Origin: a virus
Taxonomy: Duplodnaviria > Caudoviricetes
Direction: 5' to 3' (one strand)
IMG/VR virus record: IMGVR_UViG_3300009183_000098
Span: 1-62,836 of that record
DNA length: 62,836 bases
This document shows, piece by piece, positions 20,625 to 31,413 of the stretch. A program made the translations under genes and the position numbers. The number at the start of each line of letters is the position of its first letter. Position 1 is the first letter of the stretch. The notes beneath the pieces were generated by a model. It searched no databases. It was not told the origin of the DNA and saw nothing but the letters and a program-made list of their open reading frames with translations.

Positions 20625-20813
20625 ATGACGATTCGTTTCTTTCCGTTGGGTATACCTTTTAGTAGTTCTTATGCAGCGAATGCAGGATACGCAACTACAT
20701 TGGCGGGACCAACACCCGCCTCCGCATCAGTTGCAGAGTTTTCAATTACATTTGTAGGTCCAACTGGGCCACCGGCAAAAACCGTAAACGTTTCTGGGTT
20801 TGGGTACGTATGA
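20625..20813 (+). CDS. Small hypothetical protein (F/Y-P-F/L-G N-terminal family)
   Basis: [13 protein letters not shown]; ATGA overlap with next gene. Confidence 0.55.
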   Translation: MTIRFFPLGIPFSSSYAANAGYATTLAGPTPASASVAEFSITFVGPTGPPAKTVNVSGFGYV

Positions 20814-21781
20814 GTACATTTTTTCCATTTGGCATTCCATCAACAAGTTCCTATGCGGTCACGGCAAGTCGTGTTCGTGATATAGATAATCCGGGGCTAG
20901 TTCCCGCATATGCGTTGACTGCTTCGTATGGCCAGGCGGGGACAACGGGAATTGCGTCTGCCTCATGTCCAAGTGGATATCTAGAAGTAAATTATACCTT
21001 AATTGCGGCAAAACCACGCAATTATTTTTTGTGTCATTTACCTGCGGCAACGCCGACGGCAACACCAACCGCTACACCAACCGCTACACCAACCGCTACA
21101 CCGACACAAACACCAACAGCAACTAAGACGGCAACACCAACCGCAACGCCCACGGTAACAAGAACAGCAACACCAACAGCAACGCCTCTAGCAGCAACAC
21201 CAACGGCGACGCCGACGGGAACACCAACGCGAACACCAACTGCTACACCTGGTGGCCCGACACCAACATTTACGGGAACACCAACACAAACACCCACTGC
21301 AACTAAAACAGCGACACCAACCGGAACACCAACAGCAACACCTCTACCTGGAGCCGCAACAGCAACGGCAACGGCAACGCCTCTAGCGGCAACACCAACA
21401 GCAACGCCTCTAGCAGCAACACCAACGGCAACGCCGACGGGAACACCTGCAAATCCAACACCAACGGCAACACCAACACCAACGGGAACGCCAACGGGAA
21501 CGCCTCTAAATCCAACACCAACGGCAACACCAACAGGAACGCCTCTAAATCCAACACCAACGGCAACACCAACAGGAACGCCTCTAGACCCAACGCCAAC
21601 GGCAACACTAACAGGAACACCAACGGCAACACCAACAATACCACTTATTACGTTATGCTGTGTAGTATCTGGTACCGGCGCGCCGCCCGGCGATCTTGCT
21701 GTATGTGAGACGGTGATTGCATACCAAGGAGAATCATGTGAAACATATGGTTACTCGGGTGCATGTCCACACGACTGTTAA
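20810..21781 (+). CDS. Mucin-like Pro/Thr-repeat protein with Cys-rich C-terminus
   Basis: About 200 aa of TPTA/TPTG repeats; six Cys in the C-terminal ~40 aa. Confidence 0.8.
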   Translation: MSTFFPFGIPSTSSYAVTASRVRDIDNPGLVPAYALTASYGQAGTTGIASASCPSGYLEVNYTLIAAKPRNYFLCHLPAATPTATPTATPTATPTATPTQTPTATKTATPTATPTVTRTATPTATPLAATPTATPTGTPTRTPTATPGGPTPTFTGTPTQTPTATKTATPTGTPTATPLPGAATATATATPLAATPTATPLAATPTATPTGTPANPTPTATPTPTGTPTGTPLNPTPTATPTGTPLNPTPTATPTGTPLDPTPTATLTGTPTATPTIPLITLCCVVSGTGAPPGDLAVCETVIAYQGESCETYGYSGACPHDC

Positions 21782-21827
21782 TATCGTAGAATACAATATC
21801 TGAACCAACACATAAAGGGTTATATGA

Positions 21828-23084
21828 ATGAAAAATAAAATTTTTATACAAATTGCATCATACCGAGATCCGGAATTATTACCTACAATTCGTGATTGTA
21901 TTGCAAAAGCAAAATATCCAGATAGGTTAAGATTTGGAATTGCTTGGCAACATTCGGAAGAAGATCTATGGGATACGTTAGCTGAATTTAAATCTGACGA
22001 CCGGTTTAAAATATTAAACATTCCATTTAAAGAATCTAAAGGTGCGTGTTGGGCACGAAACAAAATACAACAATTATATAGTGGTGAACAGTATACATTG
22101 CAGTTAGACTCACATCATAGATTCGTGCAAAATTGGGATCTAGAATGTATTACTATGATTAAGCAACTTCAAAAAATGGGGCATTCTAAACCTCTACTAA
22201 CGAGTTATATTCCGTCGTTTAATCCGACAAACGACCCAGCGGAACGCGTACAGATTCCGTGGCAAATGAATTTTGATAGATTTATTCCAGAAGGCGCGGT
22301 ATTTTTTCTACCGGGAGGAATTGATGGCTATCAAACATTAAAGTGCCCAATACCTGCAAGATTTTATTCTGCGCACTTTGCATTTACATTGGGGATATTT
22401 GCAGAAGAAGTCAAACATGATCCTGAATATTATTTTCATGGAGAAGAAATCTCTATAGCAGCTCGTGCATATACGCATGGGTATGACTTATTTCATCCGC
22501 ATAAAATAATTGCTTGGCACGAATATACCAGAAATGGAAGAACCAAGCAATGGGACGACGACGCAAAGTGGGGAGAACGAAACAAAATTTCACATTTACG
22601 AAATAGAACATTATTTGGAATGGATAATGAAATTCAAAATATAGATTTTGGAATTTATGGATTTGGGTCGGTTAGGACGTTAGATGAATATGAAAGATAT
22701 GCGGGAATATCATTTAAACGTCGCGCAGTGCAGCAGTACACGGTTGATAATAAATTACCACCCAACCCACAATATACGTCAAACGAAGAATATGAAAAAT
22801 CTTGGCTTTATATTTTCAAACATTGCATTGATATAGGATTTAACGAAGTTCCAGAAACCGATTATGATACATGGGTTATTGCATTTGAAGATGAACAGGG
22901 AAATGAATTGTATAGGAAAGATGTTGACAAGGAAGAAATACAGAAATTGCAAAAAAATAGTGAAGACTATATTAAAATCTGGAGAGAATTTAATGCGAGT
23001 AAAACACCATATAAATATATTTTCTGGCCGCATTCTGAATCGAAGGGATGGATTAACCGCGCTGAGAGGATATTACCAAAATGA
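21828..23084 (+). CDS. GT60/Gnt1-like polypeptide GlcNAc transferase
   Basis: IF.QIASYRD.EL..T, GACWAR, LQLDSH.RF, F.GEE...A.R..THG.D motifs. Confidence 0.85.
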   Translation: MKNKIFIQIASYRDPELLPTIRDCIAKAKYPDRLRFGIAWQHSEEDLWDTLAEFKSDDRFKILNIPFKESKGACWARNKIQQLYSGEQYTLQLDSHHRFVQNWDLECITMIKQLQKMGHSKPLLTSYIPSFNPTNDPAERVQIPWQMNFDRFIPEGAVFFLPGGIDGYQTLKCPIPARFYSAHFAFTLGIFAEEVKHDPEYYFHGEEISIAARAYTHGYDLFHPHKIIAWHEYTRNGRTKQWDDDAKWGERNKISHLRNRTLFGMDNEIQNIDFGIYGFGSVRTLDEYERYAGISFKRRAVQQYTVDNKLPPNPQYTSNEEYEKSWLYIFKHCIDIGFNEVPETDYDTWVIAFEDEQGNELYRKDVDKEEIQKLQKNSEDYIKIWREFNASKTPYKYIFWPHSESKGWINRAERILPK

Positions 23085-24013
23085 TATTTGATTCAAATAA
23101 TAAAATATTTGTAAATATAGCAAGTTATAGAGATCCTCTTTTGCCATATACAATAGAGTCTGTTGTAAAAAATGCAAAATATCCAGAAAATATAACATTA
23201 GGTATTTGCTGGCAACGCGGCGACGAAGAAATTGAACAACTACCGTCGCTTGGTACAACTTTAAAAGTTATTAAAGTTCCCGCAAAAGAATCTAAAGGCG
23301 CATGTTGGGCGCGTAGCTTAGCATTTGAATTGCACACAGACGAAAACTTTTTTTGGTTAATTGATTCTCACATGTCTGTAATTAAAAATTGGGATGAAAT
23401 TTTAATAGAACAATTTTATCAAACGAAAGATAGTAAAGCATTATTATCTTGTGCGGCATCTCAGTGGAATCCACCGGATGGTAACAATGAATGGGCTGGA
23501 GATTCTTCCAAACGAGCAGCTCCTAGAGCAACGGATTTTTATGGAAGTTTATTGTTGCAAATGTTTGATATTAGAGATAATATAGAACAACCTGAATTAA
23601 ATAGTTTTTTAACTGCATGTAATTTATTTGGTCCTAGTAGATGGATACAAGATGTTCCTTATGATCCAGATATGTTTTTTTTAGGTGAAGAAATTACTTT
23701 AGCGGTACGATCTTTCACACATGGATATAATCATTATGCTACAAGACAAACTATGGCATATCATAAACATGACCGAGGATACAGAAAAGTTTATTCAGAT
23801 GACAATTACAGAGAAATGGGTCATTTACAAAATATAAGTATTAAACGAGTGGAAAGTCTTTTGATGCAAACAAATGAAATTCCAATGGGAATTTATGGAA
23901 TTGGAAGTGAGCGAACGATTGAACAATATGAAAAATATGCGGGAATAAATTTTAAAACCAAAGAGGTATCTGAACGAGCAAGAACAGGAAGACCAGATAT
24001 TTCATATTTATGA
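23081..24013 (+). CDS. Second GT60/Gnt1-like polypeptide GlcNAc transferase
   Basis: IFVNIASYRDP, GACWAR, IDSHM, FLGEEI...RSFTHG. Confidence 0.82.
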   Translation: MIFDSNNKIFVNIASYRDPLLPYTIESVVKNAKYPENITLGICWQRGDEEIEQLPSLGTTLKVIKVPAKESKGACWARSLAFELHTDENFFWLIDSHMSVIKNWDEILIEQFYQTKDSKALLSCAASQWNPPDGNNEWAGDSSKRAAPRATDFYGSLLLQMFDIRDNIEQPELNSFLTACNLFGPSRWIQDVPYDPDMFFLGEEITLAVRSFTHGYNHYATRQTMAYHKHDRGYRKVYSDDNYREMGHLQNISIKRVESLLMQTNEIPMGIYGIGSERTIEQYEKYAGINFKTKEVSERARTGRPDISYL

Positions 24014-24660
24014 CAGTTAAATTATGTGCAGCAATCGTAGAAACACGTTTTTTCGAAGATATGTCAATTACGTTTCAAAACCATATACCATACCTACCGG
24101 AAAATACTGAATATTTTATATTTACTGATGATAAATATGTTAAAAATTATTCTTCTTTATTACCGAATGTGAATGTATTACCTGTAACTTTAGCAGATAG
24201 TACTGTACACGGATATAATATGTTATTAACACACGAAGGACAATTTTTTTGGGAACACTTTACTAGCTACGATAAAATTTTAATATTCCAAAGAGACACC
24301 GGCCTCTTGCGAAAAGGCATTGAAGAATTTTATGAATATGATTTTATAGGTGCGCCTTTACCCGTAAATAATCCAGTATATTACCCATTTTGTTGCAACG
24401 GCGGTCTTTCCCTCCGAACCCCACATATAATGTTGGAAGTATTAAAAAATCATAGGTGGATGTATGATAAGGGAGAGGATGTATTTTTTTGTGAAGTTAT
24501 GAAAAATTTTGGCATTGGAAAATTGGCTCCAAGAGAAGTTGCTAAAAAATTTAGCGTTGAAACAATTTTTGAACTCGGAACATTTGGGTATCATAAAGCT
24601 TGGGAATATTGCTCAAAGGAACAATTTCAAAAAATTAAAACCCAGTATAACATCTTATGA
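24010..24660 (+). CDS. DUF5672-like putative glycosyltransferase
   Basis: ILIFQ.D, YDFIGAP, NGGLSLR, EDVFF, FSVE motifs. Confidence 0.75.
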   Translation: MTVKLCAAIVETRFFEDMSITFQNHIPYLPENTEYFIFTDDKYVKNYSSLLPNVNVLPVTLADSTVHGYNMLLTHEGQFFWEHFTSYDKILIFQRDTGLLRKGIEEFYEYDFIGAPLPVNNPVYYPFCCNGGLSLRTPHIMLEVLKNHRWMYDKGEDVFFCEVMKNFGIGKLAPREVAKKFSVETIFELGTFGYHKAWEYCSKEQFQKIKTQYNIL

Positions 24661-26141
24661 ACAAATTTTTAAATTTAATTATAATATCAAAAAACAGAGA
24701 CTTGCAAGCAAGCGCTTTGATGGAAACGTTTTTTTATTTCAATCAATCAAACTCGCCTGTGAGAATAACAATTTTATATGATGATGAAGAACATGAAAAT
24801 TGGGTTCATCGTGATGTAACATTTAAATTTAGAAGTGATTTTTCATATATCAATTTTGTTAAAGTTTCAAATATAGATATTAATATTGAAGACTATTTTG
24901 TTAATGACCAATATAATTTAGTCTTGCCAGATAACGCCATTTTTACAACAAACTTTGATTTAAAATATTTATATGAAGTTCATGATGATGGTGTATTAGA
25001 TCTATTTAAAGGATTAAATCGTCAGAAAAAAAGTTGTAATATAGAAGAAGTAGAAGAAAGATTTTTTAGTCAAGTTCATATGTGGACTAGAGACTTACAC
25101 ACGCATCTATTTAAAATACCAAACGGGACACATTGTTTTGAATCAGTGTCAGACAGTGGATACTTTAAATATTATGGTAAAATATTCATTCCAAGCGCGT
25201 CGTCGGCAGATATACTAGATAGAACGCACTATTTTTATCCAGTTTCACCGTGCTTTATAAATGCAATAAATACTGTCGCACGCATAGATTATTACGATGT
25301 AGAGCCATTGATTGAATATAACCCATATGCATTAGCTATCAGATATTTATGTGGGGAACACATTGATATAGATGATTTAAAAGATTTTTCTCCAAATAGT
25401 TTAATATATCAATACAAGTACAAGTTTAAAACAAAATTTAAAGTTCAAACATTCACTGATATAGTATCAAATGGATTTTATTTAAATTTAGAACACAGAG
25501 AAGATAGAAATGAAAATATTAAGCGTGAGATTGAAAATCTTCCAATTTCTATTTCAAGAATAAATGCACACGCTCCTGAAGATTCTGTTGTAGAACAACT
25601 GATCAATGAAAGTAATATTATTTTTACTGAAATAGACCTTAAAGTTGCTAAATCTAGGTTTGGATGTACCATGTCTCATCTAGAAGCTATTAAAAGAGCA
25701 AAAGATAATAATTGGGATAGTGTGTTGGTGCTGGAAGACGATTGCAAGTTTATTGATAGTAGATTGTTATCAATATTGGATAGAGCCGCATCGGAGCTAT
25801 CATATCTTCCAAAATGGGATATGTTATTTTTAGGGACAAATGCAATGGCGCCTATTATACAATGTAGCCCACATTTAGGAATATTAACCGGTGCATTTTG
25901 TGCACACGCGTACATTGTTTCGAAACATTTTTATGATACAATTTTAAATTTTGATTGGAAACAATATTTAATACTTGATCAATATTACCTAGATCTTCAG
26001 ATACGGAGTTCACACAATATATACACCGTATTACCACTGGTAGCTACTCAACGACCTTCTTACTCAAATATAACACAGCAACATGAAAATTATGAAGATG
26101 TGTTAATCAATTCCTATAAAAACTGGATAAACGTAATATGA
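24657..26141 (+). CDS. Two-domain glycosyltransferase with C-terminal GT25 domain
   Basis: YLNLEHREDR, GC..SH, VLVLEDD, AHAYIV; N-terminal half looks like a degenerate GT-A fold. Confidence 0.75.
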   Translation: MNKFLNLIIISKNRDLQASALMETFFYFNQSNSPVRITILYDDEEHENWVHRDVTFKFRSDFSYINFVKVSNIDINIEDYFVNDQYNLVLPDNAIFTTNFDLKYLYEVHDDGVLDLFKGLNRQKKSCNIEEVEERFFSQVHMWTRDLHTHLFKIPNGTHCFESVSDSGYFKYYGKIFIPSASSADILDRTHYFYPVSPCFINAINTVARIDYYDVEPLIEYNPYALAIRYLCGEHIDIDDLKDFSPNSLIYQYKYKFKTKFKVQTFTDIVSNGFYLNLEHREDRNENIKREIENLPISISRINAHAPEDSVVEQLINESNIIFTEIDLKVAKSRFGCTMSHLEAIKRAKDNNWDSVLVLEDDCKFIDSRLLSILDRAASELSYLPKWDMLFLGTNAMAPIIQCSPHLGILTGAFCAHAYIVSKHFYDTILNFDWKQYLILDQYYLDLQIRSSHNIYTVLPLVATQRPSYSNITQQHENYEDVLINSYKNWINVI

Positions 26142-26899
26142 AATATGAAATATCTGAACAAATAGCTGAAGTTAAAAATTATTGCAATGAAAGTTCTGCT
26201 TTTTTTAAAACTTTCAAGGATGACGTTATCAGTAAGTTTATACAAGGAGGAGTTCCTTGGGAAATTCATAACCACCGAACGTTTTTGAAATACATTAATA
26301 AAGATTCTATTGTATTAGAAGGGGGTGCTCATATAGGAACACATACAATATTTTTTTCAAAATTAGTAAATCATGTATATTGTTTTGAACCATTAAAACA
26401 ATCAGCGCAATTACTACAAGAAAATTTACAGATTAATAACTGTGATAATGTAACAGTATACAATTGTGGTCTAAGTGATAAAAAATTATTTGATTCGTTT
26501 GGATTTATTCCATCGCACAATATTGGTGGGGCCGGAATGATAAATAATCCACTAGGAATACCCCTACATTTTGGAGGAACTGATCTATCGGAAGATGAAC
26601 GAGTTCCGATAGAACTTGTTTCTATTGATGAAATGTTTAATTTTGATAAATTGGATTTTATTAAGCTGGACGTTGAAGGATATGAACAAAATGTTATACT
26701 CGGTGCATATAATACAATTAAAAAATGTAAACCTGTGATTATGTTAGAAAATTGGGATGATCATTTTGGAAACGTTGATATAGATTCTACTTCAAATAAA
26801 TTTTCTATGTTACTTGACTTGGGATATGCAATTACACAAGTAAGTCATTGTGATTTTTTGTTTGTTCCAACAACCAATATACAATTGGAGTTATTATGA
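26138..26899 (+). CDS. FkbM-family methyltransferase
   Basis: EGGAHIGTHT, CFEP, IKLDVEGYE. Confidence 0.9.
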   Translation: MKYEISEQIAEVKNYCNESSAFFKTFKDDVISKFIQGGVPWEIHNHRTFLKYINKDSIVLEGGAHIGTHTIFFSKLVNHVYCFEPLKQSAQLLQENLQINNCDNVTVYNCGLSDKKLFDSFGFIPSHNIGGAGMINNPLGIPLHFGGTDLSEDERVPIELVSIDEMFNFDKLDFIKLDVEGYEQNVILGAYNTIKKCKPVIMLENWDDHFGNVDIDSTSNKFSMLLDLGYAITQVSHCDFLFVPTTNIQLELL

Positions 26900-27693
26900 T
26901 AACCATGAACATTCTTGGGCGTAAAGGAAAATTAGGAAACCAAATGTTTCAATATGCCATGTTGGTAGGAATTAACGATAAATCTGGGTACTCGGTTATA
27001 ATAGATGAGGACATTGATAGTAAGTCACATAATAATTTCTCCATAAGAAATATATTTGATATCAAAGTACCTCATTTTTACAATGAAGCGGGAATACATA
27101 CTAATAAAAAATATGTTGAAGAGCAATTTAATTTTGACAGATTCTTTCCTAAAAAAGTTACAGATAATATGGATTTCGATGGGCATTTCCAAACAGAAAA
27201 ATATTTTTCCCATTGCTCAGATCTTATTAGAAAAGAATTTACCTTTAAAAAAGATATAATTGAAAAAGCAACTACTATCCTATCACTTTTCAATAAAGAT
27301 CAGCCGATAGTATCAATACATGTACGTAGAGGAGATTATGTAGATTTACCAAATCACCACCCATTATGCTCACCTAAATATTATGCATCTGCTATAGAAT
27401 ATTTTAATAATCTAAACCCTCAGTTTATTGTTACTTCTGATGATATTGAATGGTGTAAGACAAATTTACATATCCCAAATGCTTACTATACTTCGAATGA
27501 ACAAGGCGTTGATATGTGTTTGATGAGTATGTCTGATCACAATATCATAGCCAATAGTACGTTTGGTTGGTGGGGTGCATGGCTAAACAATAATCCAGAT
27601 AAAATAGTAATTGCCCCGAAAATATGGTTTGGGCCGGCATATGCACACTTTGATACAAACGATCTTTATTGCGAAAATTGGGTACAATTATGA
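26896..27693 (+). CDS. GT11 alpha-1,2-fucosyltransferase
   Basis: G.LGNQMFQYA, HVRRGDY, SDDIEW, IIANSTFGWW. Confidence 0.92.
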   Translation: MITMNILGRKGKLGNQMFQYAMLVGINDKSGYSVIIDEDIDSKSHNNFSIRNIFDIKVPHFYNEAGIHTNKKYVEEQFNFDRFFPKKVTDNMDFDGHFQTEKYFSHCSDLIRKEFTFKKDIIEKATTILSLFNKDQPIVSIHVRRGDYVDLPNHHPLCSPKYYASAIEYFNNLNPQFIVTSDDIEWCKTNLHIPNAYYTSNEQGVDMCLMSMSDHNIIANSTFGWWGAWLNNNPDKIVIAPKIWFGPAYAHFDTNDLYCENWVQL

Positions 27694-28433
27694 AAACAAG
27701 TATAAGTGATTATGATGAATATAAAAATTTCTGTCAACTTGCCGCGTCTGATGACCTTGTATTTTCTACGTTTAGACAGCACGCCCCGTATACCGCTATA
27801 TTAGAACATGTTTCTTATGAACTAGGGCAGAGGTATGCAGATTGGATCGGAAGTGCAGCTAATTTTACTGAAAAGCGTTTGGAAACTGCCAAATTAAATG
27901 ATGTTCACGGTGGAGCCACAATAGTTAAATATAACAGTACATTTAATGACATTTGTCCAAGCACATTGCGGTATTTAAAAGTTGCTTTAGAATTGGAACA
28001 ATTATTTGGTTCTTTAGACAATTTTAAAATTGTAGAAATTGGTGTAGGATATGGAGGCCAATGCAATTTGATCAGTAACTTATGGAACATAAATTCATAC
28101 ACACTAATTGATTTACAAGAACCTTTAAATTTGTCTAAAAAATTTTTAGAGAATGATGAAAAGAAATATTGGGCAACTTTAGATACATTAAATATCACTG
28201 ACTACGATTTAGTTATAAGTAATTATGCTTTCTCTGAATGTAGTAGGAATATTCAATTAAGTTATGTTGATGTTGTCTTGAATCGGTCACGACATGGATA
28301 TATAACATATAATAATATAAGCCATTTATTTAATGTAGATTCTTTAAGCAGAGAAGAATTTAAAAATGTAATAACATGCACAGAAATCCCAGAAATACCT
28401 GTTTCCGGCGATAATAGTATTTTTTATTGGTAA
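27690..28433 (+). CDS. Putative sugar O-methyltransferase
   Basis: ILEHV, PSTLRYLK, VEIGVGYGG, DLVISNYAFSE; start moved to MKTS (ATGA overlap). Confidence 0.75.
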   Translation: MKTSISDYDEYKNFCQLAASDDLVFSTFRQHAPYTAILEHVSYELGQRYADWIGSAANFTEKRLETAKLNDVHGGATIVKYNSTFNDICPSTLRYLKVALELEQLFGSLDNFKIVEIGVGYGGQCNLISNLWNINSYTLIDLQEPLNLSKKFLENDEKKYWATLDTLNITDYDLVISNYAFSECSRNIQLSYVDVVLNRSRHGYITYNNISHLFNVDSLSREEFKNVITCTEIPEIPVSGDNSIFYW

Positions 28434-28463
28434 TAAATTAACAACACTAACACAGAGAATTTT

Positions 28464-28718
28464 ATGAACAAAGAAGTTACATTAGAAGTACCATTAGCAC
28501 TACAACAATTGATTCAAACCAACAATCAATTACTACGGAAATATCAGAGTGAATTATTACAGCAGATCCAAGAATCCAATGCACAAATGATGCAGATTCT
28601 TCGACTGAGTGGAGAAGCAGGGTGGAAATTGGACATGGAACGTATGGTCTACGTTCGACCAAAAACTGAAGACGAAGAAGACGCCGTTGTCAATACGTCG
28701 GAGACTACAGAAGCATAA
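28464..28718 (+). CDS. Small coiled-coil hypothetical protein
   Basis: Gln/Leu-rich ORF overlapping the start of the next gene. Confidence 0.55.
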   Translation: MNKEVTLEVPLALQQLIQTNNQLLRKYQSELLQQIQESNAQMMQILRLSGEAGWKLDMERMVYVRPKTEDEEDAVVNTSETTEA

Positions 28719-30595
28719 TGCATTCGTCATTAGACGAAGTATTGTTTACATGGGGTAAATATACGGGGCAGACATTGGGAAATGTACTGCGAACTGCCCC
28801 AACCTATTTACAATGGATTGTCTCCACGCCAGGATTGCCCACGGTTTGGGTGGAGGCATCGGCCCGAGCACTAAATGGTGGTGATGTAAGTGATCTATCA
28901 TTGCCCCGTGCAAAAACTGCATACAAACCTCAAACACAAGAAACACAAATAGGACCAATTACCATCGACTTAAAAGATGCAAAAACGGCCTATGTTGTTA
29001 TGCCCTATAACAAAACCTTGATGGAACAATTCAAGTATGAGATTGATGGCCGAAAATGGAATGGGGATGACAAAAGATGGGAATTTCCATCGGTACAATT
29101 ACCCAAGATGGTGAAGACATTTCCATCGGCAACACTATCTAGTACTGCCGAAAAACTGTTGACGAAACTGCAAGCTCGACGGGAAGAGTTAGATGAAATT
29201 CGTGAACAAGAAGATACAGATTTTCAAATACCAGGATTAAAATTAAACCTGTATGGCTACCAAAAAGTTGGCGTACAATTTATAGATAGAGCAGGTGGAA
29301 GGTGTCTAATTGCAGACGCTCCTGGTCTTGGGAAGACCGTACAGGCCATTGCTTATGCCCAACTACACAACTTGAAGGCCCTTATTGTATGTCCCCTTAG
29401 CGTGGTCGTGAACTGGCAACGCGAGGTCAAAAAGTTCACGGGGAAACCCGCAACCATCTGGGATAGTAAAACCTATGATGGACATCTTGATCATCAGTTC
29501 CACATAACGCATTACGATGCCGTTGCGAAGAACAATCATTGGTTGCGTAACCAAAACTTTGATTTGTTGGTCTGCGATGAAGCAACCTATTTGAAGAATC
29601 GTCAAACGATTCGGGCAAAAAGTGTATTGGGGTCATATAAAGAACGACGAAAGTTTCCGGGCATTAAAACGAAATATACCATATTTCTCACGGGAACGCC
29701 TGTCATGTCCCGTCCGATTGAAGCGTTCTCCTTATTGAACTTCTTAGACAAAGAACGATTTAATAACTTCATGCACTTCACGCAACGATATGGTGGCTGG
29801 AAAGGTGCGGCACCAATGAATCTGCAAGATTTACATGATCGCACGAAAGATTTGGTAATTCGACGAAAAAAGGACCAAGTATTGAAAGAATTGCCCAATA
29901 AGCAACGCAATGATTTATATGTCGAACTGACCAAAGATGAAAAGGGTGAGTATAACAAACTGTTGAAAGAAATGTTTGGGAAGTGGAAAATGGATGGTAG
30001 ACCTTCTATCCAACACATGCCGAAGTTGCAGGGATTCTTAATTGAAAAGAAATTACCACGATTAATTGAAATGATTGATGAATTTATTGACAACGATAGG
30101 TCTATACTCATTTTCAGTTGTTATATTAAACCCCTACAAGCATTGGCGCAACACTATGGTAATAAGGCGGCATTATTAACGGGTGAGATGAATAGAACCG
30201 TCCGACAAACATCCATTGATAGATTGATTGCTCAAGAAGCAAAGGTCGGATTGTTTAGTTTGCGAGCAGCAGGTATGGGTATTGATGGATTGCAAAAAGT
30301 CATTGATACGGTCGTTTTTATCGACATGGGTTGGTTACCCGCGGAACACGAACAAGCAGAAGATCGTACGCACCGAATCGGCCAAAAAGGACAAGTTCAA
30401 GTGTATTATATGATGTGCGAAGGCACCATTGACGAAAATATGCGAGATACCTTGAAAGAAAAGCAAGAGATTGCTGATATGATTGTCGATGGCGCATTAG
30501 TCACCCCAGACCGTAGTAAATCTATGTTTAAAGAATTTGTAAAACAAATTAATATTGAATATCGACAACAGTTTGAGACAGAAACCTTAGACTAA
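28718..30595 (+). CDS. SNF2-family (SMARCAL1/HARP-like) helicase
   Basis: ADAPGLGKT, DEAT, LTGTP, QAEDR.HRIGQ; small N-terminal FTWGKY.G...YLQW domain. Confidence 0.9.
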   Translation: MHSSLDEVLFTWGKYTGQTLGNVLRTAPTYLQWIVSTPGLPTVWVEASARALNGGDVSDLSLPRAKTAYKPQTQETQIGPITIDLKDAKTAYVVMPYNKTLMEQFKYEIDGRKWNGDDKRWEFPSVQLPKMVKTFPSATLSSTAEKLLTKLQARREELDEIREQEDTDFQIPGLKLNLYGYQKVGVQFIDRAGGRCLIADAPGLGKTVQAIAYAQLHNLKALIVCPLSVVVNWQREVKKFTGKPATIWDSKTYDGHLDHQFHITHYDAVAKNNHWLRNQNFDLLVCDEATYLKNRQTIRAKSVLGSYKERRKFPGIKTKYTIFLTGTPVMSRPIEAFSLLNFLDKERFNNFMHFTQRYGGWKGAAPMNLQDLHDRTKDLVIRRKKDQVLKELPNKQRNDLYVELTKDEKGEYNKLLKEMFGKWKMDGRPSIQHMPKLQGFLIEKKLPRLIEMIDEFIDNDRSILIFSCYIKPLQALAQHYGNKAALLTGEMNRTVRQTSIDRLIAQEAKVGLFSLRAAGMGIDGLQKVIDTVVFIDMGWLPAEHEQAEDRTHRIGQKGQVQVYYMMCEGTIDENMRDTLKEKQEIADMIVDGALVTPDRSKSMFKEFVKQINIEYRQQFETETLD

Positions 30596-30645
30596 TGATA
30601 TTTATATGAAGTACGAGAACCACCAATACATAAAGAGGCTATACA

Positions 30646-31413
30646 ATGGCAGACCAACCAGTTACAGAAACAGTTGACATATTTCCCACGGAAACTATAG
30701 AGTTACCGTCTCGCGGAGTATTCTATCCAGAAGATAGTCCACTCCGCAGTGGACAAATTGAATTACGTTATATGACGGCAAAGCACGAAGATATTCTAAC
30801 TTCACAGAACTTAATTCAAAAGGGTGTTGTATTAGATAGATTGATTGACGCTTTAATTGCCACAAAGGGGGTGAAAGCGGCAGACTTGTTCTTAGGTGAC
30901 TTAAATGCAGTAATGGTTGCCGCAAGAATTTTGGGGTATGGGAAAGATTATGATGTGTCATTAGAATGCCCTTCGTGTGGGTCTACCGTGGAACAAATAA
31001 TAAACTTATCAGATCTTGAAACAGAAAACGCACCAGAATCTTCAGAAGCAAGTGAATTTACGTTAGTCCTTCCATTGTCTAAAGCAGAAATTACGTTGAA
31101 GTTGTTGACACGGGGTGATGAATTAGCAATTGATAAAGAATTAAAGGCATTGAAAAAAATCAGTTCTGATGTTGAATCGGAAAGTACTTCAAGATTAAAA
31201 GCAATGATTAAATCAGTAAATGGTGATACATCTAAAGGAAAGATTTGGGCATTTGTAGATAGTTTATTAGTTAAAGATGCACGATTTCTTCGTGAGCAGT
31301 ATCGTACTAAAGTACCTGATATTAATTTCAATGTCTCCGTGGATTGTAGTTGTGGTGCCGCACAGAAAGTGAGGTTGCCAATTGGCGTTAACTTTTTTTG
31401 GCCTGACGCCTGA
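30646..31413 (+). CDS. Baseplate hub/tail assembly chaperone (T4 gp26-like)
   Basis: IELPS.G, MTAK.EDIL, GD..A...AAR...YG, CPSC, ends FFWP. Confidence 0.8.
   Translation: MADQPVTETVDIFPTETIELPSRGVFYPEDSPLRSGQIELRYMTAKHEDILTSQNLIQKGVVLDRLIDALIATKGVKAADLFLGDLNAVMVAARILGYGKDYDVSLECPSCGSTVEQIINLSDLETENAPESSEASEFTLVLPLSKAEITLKLLTRGDELAIDKELKALKKISSDVESESTSRLKAMIKSVNGDTSKGKIWAFVDSLLVKDARFLREQYRTKVPDINFNVSVDCSCGAAQKVRLPIGVNFFWPDA

Noticed and set aside
21040-21645. CRISPR array or non-coding tandem repeat
   Set aside because: Repeats are degenerate codons for Thr-Pro-Thr-Ala with no constant repeat and unique spacer structure
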